From an uncultured Thermoleophilaceae bacterium (GTDB lineage: Bacteria > Actinomycetota > Thermoleophilia > Solirubrobacterales > Thermoleophilaceae): a stretch of DNA of 64,000 nucleotides. The translations under genes were made by a program, and so were the position numbers. This document shows, in pieces, positions 36,769-48,288 of this stretch. The stretch lies in contig CAWEVH010000026.1 in the NCBI GenBank assembly GCA_963812415.1, forward strand, positions 68,973-132,972. Reading direction: 5' to 3'. Every line of letters begins with the position of its first letter. Positions within the stretch are counted from its first letter, which is position 1. The notes beneath the pieces were generated by a model, which ran no database searches, was not told the DNA's origin, and saw nothing but the letters and a program-made list of their open reading frames with translations.

Positions 36769-38066
36769 TCAGCCCTCGGCCACCCCGGCCGCCGATCCGG
36801 CCGGCTCGGACGCGGCGAGCACGAGCTCCGCCGCCCGGTATCCGGTCGACAGGCTCAGCCCGTCGCCGCTCTTCTCGCGCCACGGCTCGGCGCCGGCGAG
36901 CGTGGCGCCGGCCACGAGCACGTTCTCGTACAGCCGCTCGCCGCGGGCGTCCACGGGACGGAGCTCGGCGTCCACCGACACCCCGGCGCGGCCCATCGGG
37001 TGGTCGTCGAAGTATCCCGGGCCGGAAGCGCTCCTCGCCGGGCTCGGGCACCCCCGCGACCGGCAGGCCGAGCGCCGTCTCGCGCGCCCTCCAGCGCGAG
37101 TCGAGCTCGATTCCGCCGGACGCGAAGCCGCCGGTGGCCAGCACAACCCAGTCCGCGCCGCGACGCTCCTCGCGCAGCCCCACCCGGGTGCGCAGCGCGC
37201 TGACGCGGCCGCTCCCCTCCTCGGCGCCGGTGACGACGGTGTTCAGGATCACCCGGCCACCGACCCGGCGCAGCGCCTCGTGCAGGCTCCTGTGGACCCG
37301 CATGCCCGGCACCGAGGGCGGCAGCGTCGGGATCTCGAACACCGGGCGGCCGAGCCGCTCCTCGAGCTCGCTCCACACGCCGTGCGGGTCGGCGTGGCCG
37401 AGCACCGCGGGAAAGGCGGCGCGCTCCTCGACCCCGAGCCGGCGCAGCAGCTGCCCGGTGACCTCCGCCCTGAAGGCGGGATCGTCGAAGGCGCGGGCGA
37501 ACCCGAGGGAGTTCACGTCGGCGCGGCCCTCGGGCGCGAGGTCGAGCTCCCAGCCGCGTGCGCTCACACCCTGACGCCCGAGCGTGTCGGCGGCGAGCGC
37601 GGGATGGAAGTCCTTGAGCGCCCGGAAGCCGACCACGCAGATCGGCGCGTCGGCGCGCATGTCGCCGCCGGCCATCGTCTCGGGCACGACCGCGGACGGG
37701 CGCCCCACCCCCACGGCCGTCGGCAGCAGCAGGTTCTCCGTCCACGCCGCCCACGTAGGCGTAGGGAGCGAGCGGGCCGGCCGCGATCCGGGCCTTGAAC
37801 CAGTCGACGGCGGCCGTCACGCCGTCGGCGCCCACGAGCGCGTAGGGATGGTCGGGCCGCTCGTCGATCAGCGCGGCGAGCGCCTCGGCGGGCCGCTCGA
37901 CCCGCTCGGGCGCGTAGCCCAGCACGTCGACGGTGCCCGCGCCGAGATGGGTGGCGCCCACGCCCTTCGCCAGCACGAGCACGCGCGCGCCGCTCTCGGC
38001 CAGGCGCACGGCGGCCGTGAGGCCCGCGAGCCCCGTGCCGACGACGATCACGTCGTGGTGGCTCAC
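36769..38066 (-). pseudogene. glpB: Anaerobic glycerol-3-phosphate dehydrogenase subunit B, two frame breaks (near 37736..37743 and 37016..37023)
   Basis: Three consecutive pieces lie in three frames. ORF 36855..38171 has VSHHDVIVVGTGLAGL...YAYVGGVDG. ORF 35513..37714 has ...AVGVGRPSAVVPETMAGG...GEERFRPG. ORF 36769..37146 has YFDDHPMGRAGVSVD...GYRAAELVL. Length is 1298 nt, a multiple of 3 plus 2. GTG 38066 overlaps the glpA stop (GTGA). Confidence 0.85.
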
Positions 38067-39637
38067 GCGACCTCTTCCGCCTCGGGCAGGTGCTCGACGT
38101 CGAGCAGCCCCTGGAAGATCCAGTCGTCGAGCCGGGCCTGGCGCAGCTGATCCCCGTAGAGGATCGGCCATACGCCCTTCCAGCGCTCCTGGAGGAAGCC
38201 ACTCAGCGAGCCGGCCGCCTCGGCGCCGTCGAGCCGCCCCACTCCATGGAGGATCCCGGTGGCGCGGTAGATGCAGAAGCCGCCCTGGCAGGGCCCCATG
38301 CCCAGACGCATCGAGCGCCGGATGTCGTCGAGGTTGGCGGTGCCGCGGCGGCGCATGGCCGCCTCAAGGCGGCTGCGGCCGATCAGCTCGCACTCGCAGA
38401 TCAGCTGCTCGTCCTGGAGCGTCCGCTCGCGCCGGCGCAGGCGCGAGCCGAGGCTGTAGCCCTCGCCGTCCTCGTTGCCGGGCGGACGGACGTCGCGGGT
38501 CCGGCAGGCGCGCTCTGTCCCGAGCTGCTTGCACATGGCGTCCACGATGTCCTCCGCCATCAGGCGGAGCGTGGTGAGCTTGCCGCCGGACATCGTGAGC
38601 AGGCCGTCGACGCCGTCCCGCTCGCGGTGGTCGACCACGGCGTGGGTGCGGCTGATGTCGCGCGTGTCGGCCACCTGCTCGGCCTTCTCGTCCTGGAAGA
38701 GCGGGCGCGCGCCCGCCCACACCCTCAGCGCGCGCGCCTCGCGGAAGCCGGGCACGAGCCGCTCGCCGTCGTCCAGCATCTGGTCCACCTCGGCCTGGGT
38801 GACCGGCAGCTCGTCCGGGTCGGCCGAGCGGATGTCGGTGGTGCCGATCACGCTGACCGTCCGGATCGGCACAAGGATGTCGCCGTCGGCCGGCATCGTG
38901 CAGCGGTTGATCACCGTGTTCACGAGCCGATGGTTCATGGCGATCATGATCCCCTTGCCGGGCACCACCCCGACCCCCTCGATCCCGGCCATGGTGGCGA
39001 TCTGGGCCGCCCACGCGCCCGCCGCGTTGATCGTGAAGCCCGCCTCGATGTCGAGCTCCTCGCCGGTCAGCTCGTTGCGCACGCGCGCGCCGGTCACGGC
39101 ATCGCCCTCCCGGTGCAGGGCGATCGCGCTGTGGTAGGGCAGGATCCGCGCCCCGTGCTCGGACGCGCCGCGGGCGAACGACCAGACCGTCTTCCAGGCG
39201 TCGATCGACGCGTCGGGCACCGCGAAGGCGCGCCGGATCCGAGGGTTCAGGCGCGGCTCGCGGCGGAGCGCCTCCCCCACGCCGATCTCCTCGACCGGCA
39301 GCTCGGCGGCGCGGCAGCCGGCCAGGAAGCGGTCGCCGTAGGCGGGGTCGTCGTCGGGGGTCGTGACGAACAGGCCGCCGGTGTCCTCGATGCAGTCGGG
39401 GATCACCCGGCGCAGGATCGCGTTCTCGGCCACGCACTCCTCGGCGGCCAGCGCGTCCTTGACGACGTAGCGGCCGCCCGAGTGAAGCAGCCCGTGGAAG
39501 CGCCCGCTCGTGCCCTCCGCCAGGTCCGCCCGGTCGATCAGGACCACGTCGAAGCCGCGCAGCGCCGCATCCCAGGCCACACCGGCGCCGGTGGCGCCAC
39601 CGCCGATCACGAGCAGCTCGGCTCCGAGCGTTGGCAC
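38063..39637 (-). CDS. glpA: Anaerobic glycerol-3-phosphate dehydrogenase subunit A
   Basis: Track ORF 38063..39637. Motifs: LLVIGGGATGAGVAWD FAD fold, BFD-like 2Fe-2S region LICECELI...GMGPCQGGFC. Confidence 0.9.
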   Translation of the reverse strand: MPTLGAELLVIGGGATGAGVAWDAALRGFDVVLIDRADLAEGTSGRFHGLLHSGGRYVVKDALAAEECVAENAILRRVIPDCIEDTGGLFVTTPDDDPAYGDRFLAGCRAAELPVEEIGVGEALRREPRLNPRIRRAFAVPDASIDAWKTVWSFARGASEHGARILPYHSAIALHREGDAVTGARVRNELTGEELDIEAGFTINAAGAWAAQIATMAGIEGVGVVPGKGIMIAMNHRLVNTVINRCTMPADGDILVPIRTVSVIGTTDIRSADPDELPVTQAEVDQMLDDGERLVPGFREARALRVWAGARPLFQDEKAEQVADTRDISRTHAVVDHRERDGVDGLLTMSGGKLTTLRLMAEDIVDAMCKQLGTERACRTRDVRPPGNEDGEGYSLGSRLRRRERTLQDEQLICECELIGRSRLEAAMRRRGTANLDDIRRSMRLGMGPCQGGFCIYRATGILHGVGRLDGAEAAGSLSGFLQERWKGVWPILYGDQLRQARLDDWIFQGLLDVEHLPEAEEVA

Positions 39638-39646
39638 CGCGCGAAT

Positions 39647-39669
39647 CCTAATCGAGCCCGACGCTTAGG
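39647..39669. promoter_or_regulatory. Palindrome CCTAA-N13-TTAGG in the 40-bp glpA / aldo-keto reductase divergent spacer
   Basis: CCTAA at 39647..39651 and TTAGG at 39665..39669. These are the only AT-containing symmetric element between the two start codons (39637 and 39678). Confidence 0.3.
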
Positions 39670-39677
39670 CTGGGCCG

Positions 39678-40604
39678 ATGTCCACCGCTCAGATCGGGCT
39701 CGGACTGGCCGCGCTCGGCCGGCCCGCCTACATCAACCTCGGCCACGGCGAGGACGTGGCCGACCCGAGCGTCGACGCGATGGAGCGCAGCGCGCACGAC
39801 GTGCTCGACGCCGCCTACGCGGGCGGCGTGCGCTGGATCGACGCGGCGCGCTCGTACGGTCGCGCCGAGGCGTTCCTCGCGTCCTGGCTCACCAGCCGCG
39901 GGTTGGGCAAGGGTGACCTCGTCGTGAGCTCGAAATGGGGCTACCGCTACACGGCGGGCTGGCGCGTGGACGCTCGCGAGCACGAGGTCAAGGACCTCTC
40001 GGCCGAGCACCTGATGACCCAATGGCGCGAGACGCGGGAGCTGCTCGGCGAGCGCCTGAGCGTCTACCAGATCCACTCGGCCACGATCGAGAGCGGCGTG
40101 CTCGACGACGCCGCGGTGCGCCGCGAGCTCGACGTCCTGCGCGGCGAGGGCGTCCGGATCGGCCTCACAGTCACGGGCGCCGAGCAGGCGGCGACGATCG
40201 AGCGAGCGCTCGAAGTTGGCGGGTTCGACACCGTGCAGGCGACCTGGAACCTCCACGAGCGCTCGGCGGAGGACGCGCTCGCACGCGCGCAGGCCGCCGG
40301 TCTCCAGGTGCTCGTGAAGGAGGGGCTCGCCAACGGACGCCTCGCCGGTCATGAAGCGCCCGCGACGCTCACGGACGCCGCTCGCGCGCGCGGCACGAGC
40401 ACTGACGCCGTCGCGCTCGCCGCGGCGCTGGCGCGCCCGTGGGCCCACGTCGTGCTGAGCGGGGCGACGACCGTCGATCAGCTCGAGAGCAACCTCGCGG
40501 CACGCGCTGTCGCCTGGGACGACGAGCTCGAGCGAGAGCTCGCGGGGTTGGTCGAGGAGCCGGCGGCGTACTGGGAGACGCGCGCCGGGCTCCCCTGGAC
40601 CTAG
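39678..40604 (+). CDS. Aldo/keto reductase
   Basis: Track ORF 39678..40604: ...IDAARSYGRAEAFLASWL...VVSSKWGY...YQIHS... Confidence 0.85.
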   Translation: MSTAQIGLGLAALGRPAYINLGHGEDVADPSVDAMERSAHDVLDAAYAGGVRWIDAARSYGRAEAFLASWLTSRGLGKGDLVVSSKWGYRYTAGWRVDAREHEVKDLSAEHLMTQWRETRELLGERLSVYQIHSATIESGVLDDAAVRRELDVLRGEGVRIGLTVTGAEQAATIERALEVGGFDTVQATWNLHERSAEDALARAQAAGLQVLVKEGLANGRLAGHEAPATLTDAARARGTSTDAVALAAALARPWAHVVLSGATTVDQLESNLAARAVAWDDELERELAGLVEEPAAYWETRAGLPWT

Positions 40605-40609
40605 ATGGC

Positions 40610-42124
40610 CTACTCCTCCTCAGCCTCGAACCAGTCGAAGGTCCGCGTCACGGCCTTCTTCCAGAACTTGTAGTACTCGTCGCGCGTGGCGGCGTCCATC
40701 GACGGCTCCCAGCGCTTGTCCTCCACCCAGTTCTCGCGCAGGTCCTCGACCTCGTTCCAGAAGCCGGTGGCGAGCCCGGCGGCGTATGCCGCCCCGAGCG
40801 ACGTCGTCTCGGGCACCTTCGGCCGGATCACCGGCACGCCGAGCAGGTCCGCCTGGAACTGCATGAGCAGGTCGTTGCCGACCATGCCGCCGTCGACCTT
40901 CAGCGACTCGAGCTCGACGCCCGAGTCCGCGTTCATCGCCTCCACCACCTCGCGGCTCTGGTAGGCCGTCGCCTCGAGCGTCGCCCGTGCGATGTGCCCG
41001 GCGTTGACGTAGCGGGTGAGCCCCGCCATCACGCCGCGAGCGTTCGACTTCCAGTAGGGCGCGAACAGCCCCGAGAAGGCGGGCACGATGTAGCAGCCGC
41101 CGTTGTCGTCGACCGACTTCGCCAGGTCCTCCACCTCCGGAGCGGCCTGGATCATCTTCAGGTTGTCGCGCAGCCACTGCACGAGCGCGCCGGTGATGGC
41201 GATGGAGCCCTCGAGGCAGTACACGGCATCCTCGTCGCCGATCTTGTAGCCGACGGTGGTGAGCAGCCCGGACTTGGACGGAACCGGCTCGGTGCCCGTG
41301 TTGAGCAGGAGGAAGTTGCCCGTGCCGTAGGTGTTCTTCGCCTCACCGACGGCGAAGCACGTCTGCCCGAAGGTGGCCGCCTGCTGGTCGCCGAGGTCGC
41401 CGGCGATCGCGACGCCCTGGAGCGCCCCGCCTACCTTCACCTCGCCGTACACCCCGCTCGAGGGCTTGATCTCCGGCAGCATCGCCGTGGGAACGCCCAT
41501 GATGCCCGCGATCTCCTCGTCCCACTGAAGCGAGGCCAGGTCCATGAGCATCGTGCGGCTGGCGTTCGTGACGTCGGTGATGTGGAGCCCGCCGTCGGTG
41601 CCGCCGGTGAGGTTCCAGATCAGCCACGTGTCCATGTTGCCGAACAGCAGGTCGCCGGACTCGGCCTTGTCCTGGGCGCCGTCCACGTTGTCCAGGATCC
41701 AGCGGATCTTGGGACCGGAGAAGTACGTCGCAAGCGGCAGGCCGACCCGCTCCTGGAAGCGAGCCTGGCCGCCGTCCTTCGAGAACTCGTCCACGAGCTT
41801 GTCCGTGCGCGTGTCCTGCCACACGAGCGCGTTGTGCACCGGCTCGCCCGTGTTGCGATCCCACACGAGCGTCGTCTCGCGCTGGTTGGTGATGCCCACG
41901 CCGGCGATGTCGTCGGCGCTCGCCCCGGCGTCCGCGAGCGCCTCGTCCATCACCTCCTGCGTGCGGGACCAGACCTCGGTCGCATCGTGCTCCACCCAAC
42001 CGGGCTTGGGATAGATCTGCTCGTGCTCCTTCTGGGCCACGCTGACGACCTGGCCACCGTGGTCGAACACCATGCAGCGCGTGCTGGTGGTGCCCTGGTC
42101 GAGTGCTGCCGCGTACTTAGCCAT
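40610..42124 (-). CDS. glpK: Glycerol kinase
   Basis: [21 protein letters not shown]...[12 protein letters not shown]...[13 protein letters not shown]...[10 protein letters not shown]... Confidence 0.95.
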   Translation of the reverse strand: MAKYAAALDQGTTSTRCMVFDHGGQVVSVAQKEHEQIYPKPGWVEHDATEVWSRTQEVMDEALADAGASADDIAGVGITNQRETTLVWDRNTGEPVHNALVWQDTRTDKLVDEFSKDGGQARFQERVGLPLATYFSGPKIRWILDNVDGAQDKAESGDLLFGNMDTWLIWNLTGGTDGGLHITDVTNASRTMLMDLASLQWDEEIAGIMGVPTAMLPEIKPSSGVYGEVKVGGALQGVAIAGDLGDQQAATFGQTCFAVGEAKNTYGTGNFLLLNTGTEPVPSKSGLLTTVGYKIGDEDAVYCLEGSIAITGALVQWLRDNLKMIQAAPEVEDLAKSVDDNGGCYIVPAFSGLFAPYWKSNARGVMAGLTRYVNAGHIARATLEATAYQSREVVEAMNADSGVELESLKVDGGMVGNDLLMQFQADLLGVPVIRPKVPETTSLGAAYAAGLATGFWNEVEDLRENWVEDKRWEPSMDAATRDEYYKFWKKAVTRTFDWFEAEEE

Positions 42125-42150
42125 TAAGCACCTTTCTCAGTTGAACGAAA

Positions 42151-42867
42151 TCAGCCGGGATACCACCAGTCGAACGCAAGCGCCCCGAGGATGCCGCCGA
42201 CGATGGGGGCCACGACGGGGATCCAGGCATAGCCCCAGTCGGACGGACCCTTGCCCGCGATCGGCAGGATCGCATGCATGATGCGCGGCCCCAGGTCGCG
42301 CGCGGGATTGATCGCATAGCCGGTCGGCCCTCCGAGCGATAGCCCGATGGCGAACACGAGCAGGCCCACCAGCAGGCCGCCGAGACCGGTCGCGGCCGTG
42401 TCGGGGTTGGCGAAGAAGGCGAGCACGCCGAACACCAGCACGAAGGTGCCGACGATCTCGCAGATGATGTTTGCCGCCGTGTTGCGGATCGCCGGCGCGG
42501 TGCTGTAGCAGGCCAGCTTGAGCCCGGGATCCTCGGTCGCGCCCCAGTGCGGCAGGTACGAGGCCCAGACGAGCGTTGCGCCGATGAACGCACCGACGAA
42601 CTCACCGCCCAGGTACTTGGGCACGTCCTCCCACGGGGTGTTGCCGATCACCGCGAAGCCCAACGTCACCGCCGGGTTCAGATGCGCGCCGCTGAATTGA
42701 CCTACGGCGAAGACGGCCACCATGACCGCCATGCCCCATCCGAAGGTGATGACGATCCAGCCCGCGTTCTCCGCTTTCGACTGGCTCAACAGCACTCCCG
42801 CCACGACCCCGTTTCCCAACAGGATCAGGAGCCCTGTCCCGATTACCTCAGCCCCGAAGATGCTCAA
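42151..42867 (-). CDS. glpF: Glycerol uptake facilitator (MIP/aquaporin family)
   Basis: Two NPA boxes (HLNPAVT, INPARD). TTG 42867 follows GGGGAGGAGAAG. Confidence 0.9.
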   Translation of the reverse strand: MSIFGAEVIGTGLLILLGNGVVAGVLLSQSKAENAGWIVITFGWGMAVMVAVFAVGQFSGAHLNPAVTLGFAVIGNTPWEDVPKYLGGEFVGAFIGATLVWASYLPHWGATEDPGLKLACYSTAPAIRNTAANIICEIVGTFVLVFGVLAFFANPDTAATGLGGLLVGLLVFAIGLSLGGPTGYAINPARDLGPRIMHAILPIAGKGPSDWGYAWIPVVAPIVGGILGALAFDWWYPG

Positions 42868-42909
42868 GAGCTTCTTCTCCTCCCCATGGATTTGCCAGAA
42901 GCGGCGCGG

Positions 42910-42939
42910 ACACTATTCCTGCGTTTCCATACGTGTCAA
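42910..42939 (-). promoter_or_regulatory. Candidate sigma-70-type promoter of glpFK (TTGACA-N18-TAGTGT)
   Basis: Minus strand: TTGACA (42939..42934), an 18-nt spacer, then TAGTGT (42915..42910). It sits about 43 nt upstream of the glpF start in the AT-richest part of the dhaL-glpF spacer. Confidence 0.4.
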
Positions 42940-42979
42940 CACAAGCGGCGGAAATCGTCCACCTCTCGGCGCCGGCGGC

Positions 42980-43618
42980 TCAGTCTCCGCCTCCGAACGT
43001 GGTCGCTGCGGCCTCGAGCAGCAGGTGCGACGAGGTCGCTCCCGGGTCCTGGTGATCGACGCTGCGCGGCCCGAGGTAGCTCGCCCGTCCCTTGCGCGCC
43101 TCGAGGGGGATCGTCGCGCGCATTCCCTCCTCGGCGGCGTCGGCGGACCGGCGCAGCGCGTCGCCGAGCTCGGCCCCGTCGCTCGCCGCGGCCTCGAGCG
43201 CCTCGACTGCCGGCAGGAGCGCATCGATCATCGTCTTGTCGCCCGCCTCGGCCTTGCCGCGCGCCTGCACGCCCTTGACGCCCCCCTCGAGCGCCTCGGT
43301 CCAGCCGGCCAGGTCGAGCTCCTCCTTGCCGGCGCTCGCCGTGCCCATCTGCAGGAAGAGCGTCCCGTAGAGCGGACCGGCAGCGCCGCCGACGCTCGAC
43401 ACCAGGGCCATGCCCACCGCCTTCAGGAGCGCGCCGATGTCATCGCCCTCGACGTCGTCGAGCTTCTCCACCGCCTTGCGCATGCCGCGATCCATGTTCG
43501 TGCCGTGGTCGCCGTCGCCGATCGCCGTGTCGAGCTTCACGAGCTCGGCACGGTTCTCGGCAATGACGGCGGCGTAGGCTGAGATCCAGTCGCGGACCGC
43601 TGTCGCCGTAATGCTCAA
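42980..43618 (-). CDS. dhaL: Dihydroxyacetone kinase, ADP-binding subunit
   Basis: Track ORF 42980..43618: ...LDTAIGDGDHGTNMDRG...GGAAGPLYGT... Confidence 0.9.
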   Translation of the reverse strand: MSITATAVRDWISAYAAVIAENRAELVKLDTAIGDGDHGTNMDRGMRKAVEKLDDVEGDDIGALLKAVGMALVSSVGGAAGPLYGTLFLQMGTASAGKEELDLAGWTEALEGGVKGVQARGKAEAGDKTMIDALLPAVEALEAAASDGAELGDALRRSADAAEEGMRATIPLEARKGRASYLGPRSVDHQDPGATSSHLLLEAAATTFGGGD

Positions 43619-43628
43619 GGCGCCTTCC

Positions 43629-44628
<1,000 letters not shown>

Positions 44629-44703
44629 GCTTCCTCCTCCACTCGAATGACCGCGCCGCAAGGCGAGAAGTGGACGGAAGGTATCGGTGCGCGGCTCGGC
44701 GCG

Positions 44704-45630
44704 TCAGGCGACCGGCGCGCGGACGCGCTCGGCGACCGGAGCGGGCGTGACGATCGGCGCCTGCTCGACCGGCTCGGGAGCGAGGCCCTCGCGATCCCAG
44801 AAGGACTTGACCTCGTTCATCACCTCGCGAGGGGTCCTGCCCAAACCTGGCGTGACCGGATCGCCGAAGCGGATCTCGACCTCGTGGCGGCGCGAGAAGG
44901 GACGGGCGGGAATGCGGCTCGGCCAGTTGCGGCCGGGCGGCATCGCCTCGTGGGTTCCCTTGAGGTGGATCGGGACGATGTCGATGCCGTGCTTCTCGGC
45001 GATCACGGCCGCCCCGGAGTGCACCTTGCCGATCCCGCCGTCGCGCGAACGGGTGCCCTCGGGGAACATCACGAGGTTCCACTTCTCGTCGAGGAGGCGG
45101 TCCACGTGGTCGGTGGCACCGTTGCCCAGGCCGCCGCCCTTGCGGCCGAGCGGCACCGTGTTGAACATGAGCGCCACCCCGTTGGCCTTCCAGCGCTTGT
45201 CGTAGAAGTAGTCCGCCGCCGCGGCAACCGCGGTGCGGCGGCGCCACTTCGGCGGCAGGGCGCGCAGGATCGTGGGGGTGTCGAGGTGGCTCGAGTGGTT
45301 GGCGACGAACAGCACCGGATGCTCGAGCCTGTCGAAGAGCTCGGCGCCGACCACGCGGTTGTGCACGTAGAAGTCGATCATCGGGCCGAGCCCGAAGGTG
45401 AGAAGCCCGGCGCGGGCGGCCTTGGCGTAGCCGCAGCGCGCCCAGGAGACGTCCATCTTGGCGTACTGACGCGCGCGCTCTCCGCCCTGCTGGCGCAGCT
45501 CCGCGCCCTTGCTGCGCAGCTCGCTGCCGCGCTGCTTGAGCTCCTCCGGGAGCTCGGGCACGCGCTCGCGCAGCTCAGGAACGCGCTTCTTGCCCTGCGC
45601 GATCGCTCGGTTGACTCGTCCGTCCCCCAT
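44704..45630 (-). CDS. Lysophospholipid acyltransferase family protein (PlsC-like)
   Basis: Track ORF 44704..45630. Motifs: NHSSHLD (HX4D), FPEGTRS. The N-terminus is a charged coiled-coil-like stretch. Confidence 0.8.
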   Translation of the reverse strand: MGDGRVNRAIAQGKKRVPELRERVPELPEELKQRGSELRSKGAELRQQGGERARQYAKMDVSWARCGYAKAARAGLLTFGLGPMIDFYVHNRVVGAELFDRLEHPVLFVANHSSHLDTPTILRALPPKWRRRTAVAAAADYFYDKRWKANGVALMFNTVPLGRKGGGLGNGATDHVDRLLDEKWNLVMFPEGTRSRDGGIGKVHSGAAVIAEKHGIDIVPIHLKGTHEAMPPGRNWPSRIPARPFSRRHEVEIRFGDPVTPGLGRTPREVMNEVKSFWDREGLAPEPVEQAPIVTPAPVAERVRAPVA

Positions 45631-45824
45631 GACCCCATGTACTCCATACCCAGGGCGGGGTTTCTCGGTCTTGGCGCCCCCGGTCGCATCTCGTTGGGCG
45701 ACCTGGAGCTTCGACCCGATCTGGGCTGGGTGAGGATGCGCCCGCCCGGGCCCGCCCGGCCCTAGCGTCCTGACTTTGGTGGCCAGGAGCGACCTAACTC
45801 AGGACGGGTTCGCCCTGCCGAGGC

Positions 45825-46649
45825 CTAGCGCGACTCGATGCGGATCTCGCCCGTACGGCCGTGGATCGTGCGATCGCCCGGAGGATCGGTTGCGAACGCC
45901 AGGCCGCCGATCACCAGCAGGGTCACGACCGCGGCGGCGACGGCCAGCCGAGCGATGTCCGCCCGCAGCCGGCCCCGGCGCGCGCGGCGCCAGCTCTCGG
46001 TCGTCTGGCGCCCGAGCAGCCCCGCCACCGTCGACTCGTCGAGGCCGAACCCGCGCGCGTGGCAGGCTTCGAGCACGTCAGCGGGGCGGTCGGCATCCAC
46101 GACCTCGACGCCGTAGCGCTCGGCCAACCGGTGGTAGAGACGGGCGTTGCGCCCCGGGACGAGGAACAGCGCGGCCGGCCGGGCGCGCTCTGCACGGAAG
46201 CCGTCCTCGTGCAGCTCGATGGCGCCGCGGGCCTCTGCCACCCCCGGGATCTCCCGGCGGCTCGCCAGCACCCTGCGCGCGGAGCTCCGAGAGGGGTGCC
46301 AGGCGTGCACGCCGCAGCCGCAGCCGGCGAACGGCGGCCGGTGCTCCGGCGAGCGGGCGCACGAGGCCTCGAGCCATTCGCCGCCCGTGGGCCAGGTCGT
46401 GTGCTGTTGCGGCGCGGCGAGGCGCTCGGCGCCCTGCTCGCCGACCACCGCCCAGGTCCGCAGACCGTAGACCGGGCTCGGGAGGAGCGGCGCCGCCGCG
46501 CTCACGCCGGCCTCGCGGGCTCGGGCTCGAGAGCCGGCTCGCGAGGATCGGGGGATCGTGGCTCCGGCTCGGCGCGGCGGCGCGGGCGGGACGGGCGCGG
46601 CGATCGCCGCGACCGGCTCCGAGATGATTCGCCGTGAGGGACCGTCCAT
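45825..46649 (-). CDS. Hypothetical protein with a C-terminal TM helix
   Basis: Track ORF 45825..46742: ...VYGLRTWAVVG...FAGCGCGVHAWH...ARLAVAAAVVTLLVIGGLAF. The start is uncertain (ATG 46649 or later). Confidence 0.5.
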   Translation of the reverse strand: MDGPSRRIISEPVAAIAAPVPPAPPRRAGATIPRSSRAGSRARAREAGVSAAAPLLPSPVYGLRTWAVVGEQGAERLAAPQQHTTWPTGGEWLEASCARSPEHRPPFAGCGCGVHAWHPSRSSARRVLASRREIPGVAEARGAIELHEDGFRAERARPAALFLVPGRNARLYHRLAERYGVEVVDADRPADVLEACHARGFGLDESTVAGLLGRQTTESWRRARRGRLRADIARLAVAAAVVTLLVIGGLAFATDPPGDRTIHGRTGEIRIESR

Positions 46650-46794
46650 GCTCACACCCGTAATGGTGCGCCTTCGGGCGCCGATCGGCAACCCCGATTT
46701 GCGCCAAAGCGCCAGCACGGCGACGGCCCAGATCGCGGCCATCCTTCCGGGCCGATAGCTACACGCGCGCGCGAGACAGGCTTAGACCAGCAGG

Positions 46795-47079
46795 TCAGGC
46801 GGGCCCGGAGGCCGACACCTGGTGGCGCACGACCTGCGCGTCCAGGATCAGGGCGCTCAGGTCATCGCCCGGCCCCTCGCCGCGAAACGCGAGCAGCGCC
46901 TCCTCGGACTCCCACGCCTCGTACACGTTGACGCGGTCGGGCTCGAGCGGGTCGGGCGCGACGACGAAGTCGAGGCAGCCCTCGGAGCGCCGGGCCTGCG
47001 CCACCGCCTCGAGTGAAGCCGCCACGAACTCCTCCCGCCGTCCGTCGGCCACCTGAATGCGGCCGGACACGATGATCAT
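46795..47079 (-). CDS. Antibiotic-biosynthesis-monooxygenase (ABM) domain protein
   Basis: MIIVSGRIQVADGRREEFVAASLEAVAQARRSEGCLDFVVAPDPLEPDRVNVYEAWESEEAL. Confidence 0.8.
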   Translation of the reverse strand: MIIVSGRIQVADGRREEFVAASLEAVAQARRSEGCLDFVVAPDPLEPDRVNVYEAWESEEALLAFRGEGPGDDLSALILDAQVVRHQVSASGPA

Positions 47080-47192
47080 CGGGCGCGAGCGTACCGTTCC
47101 CAGCCGTCATCACGGGTACTGCGAGAACCATCGAGGGCGGCCGGCTCGACCGGCGCAGCCGGCGCTCGCTCGTCACGGGTACGGGCCTGATC

Positions 47193-48288
47193 GTGGCGAC
47201 CGTCATGCCCGGCTTCCTGGCCGCGAGCCTGGCGCCGCGGATCCGGGCCGACTTCGCGTTCAGCGACTCGAGCCTCGGCCTCGCGGTCGCGCTGTTCTAC
47301 GTCGTGTCCGCATCCGGGTCGGTACCGGCCGGGCGGCTCGTCGATCGGGCGGGCCCGACCTGGGGCATGAGGCTTGCCGCCGCGCTTCACGGTCAGCTGC
47401 TGCCTTGCGGTGGCCCTGCTCGCCGACTCGGCCCCCAGCCTGACCGTGCTGATGCTGATCGGCGGCATGGCCAACGCCCTCGGGGGCCCCTCGGTGAGCG
47501 CCTTGCTGAAGCGGGAGGTCTCCGCTCAGCGCCACGGGCTCGCGTTCGGAGCACAGCAGGCCGGGGCTCCCGGCGGCGCGCTGCTCGCCGGGCTCGCGCT
47601 GCCTGCCGTGGCGATCCCGTTCGGCTGGCGCTGGGCCTTCGTCGTCGCGGCCGCGCTCGCGCTGGTCGCGGTTGCCTGCGCACCGCGGGCGGGCGGGCCG
47701 GCCGCCCGCTCCGGCACGCCGCCCCGACGGCCCCGCGGCTTCACCTCGGTTCACGCGCTTGGTCTTGCGGCCGTGCTGGCGAGCGCCGCCGGCGTGAGCT
47801 TCGTCTCGTTCCTCGTCACCTATGCGGTCGAGAGCGGTATGCGCGAGGCGACCGCCGGCCTGCTGCTGGCGGGCGTGAGCCTGATGGCCACCGCCAGCAG
47901 GATCGTGCTCGGCGAGCTCGCCGATCGCGGCCGGCAGGAGCCGCTGCGGCCGGTGGCGACGATGCTCGTCGCGAGTGTGGCGGGCTATCTGCTGCTCACC
48001 GTGGGCGAACCGGGCGTGATCGTGGTCGCGGCGCTGCTCGCCGGCGGCCTCGGCTGGGCGTGGCCCGGCGGCCTCAACCTGGCCGTGGTGCAGCGCAGCC
48101 CGGACGCGCCCGCCTGGGCGGTCGGGGTGATGATGACGGGTCTGTTCGTGGGCGCGGTGGGCGGACCGCTGCTCACGGGCATCCTCGCGGAGGACGACCT
48201 GTTCACGGTCGCCTGGATCGCCTGCGCCGGCCTCGCCCTCCTGGCCGCCGCCACGATCGCGGCGACGCTCCGGAGCGAGCGCGGCTAG
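47193..48288 (+). pseudogene. MFS transporter with a frame break near 47380..47390
   Basis: ORF 47193..48680 has the first helices (...VMPGFLAASLAPRIRADF...GRLVDRAGPTWGMRLAAAL). ORF 47374..48288 continues (TVSCCLAVALLADSAPSLTVLMLIGGMANAL...). The true start may lie upstream of 47193, since no start codon is present in the open frame 47076..47192. Confidence 0.7.
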
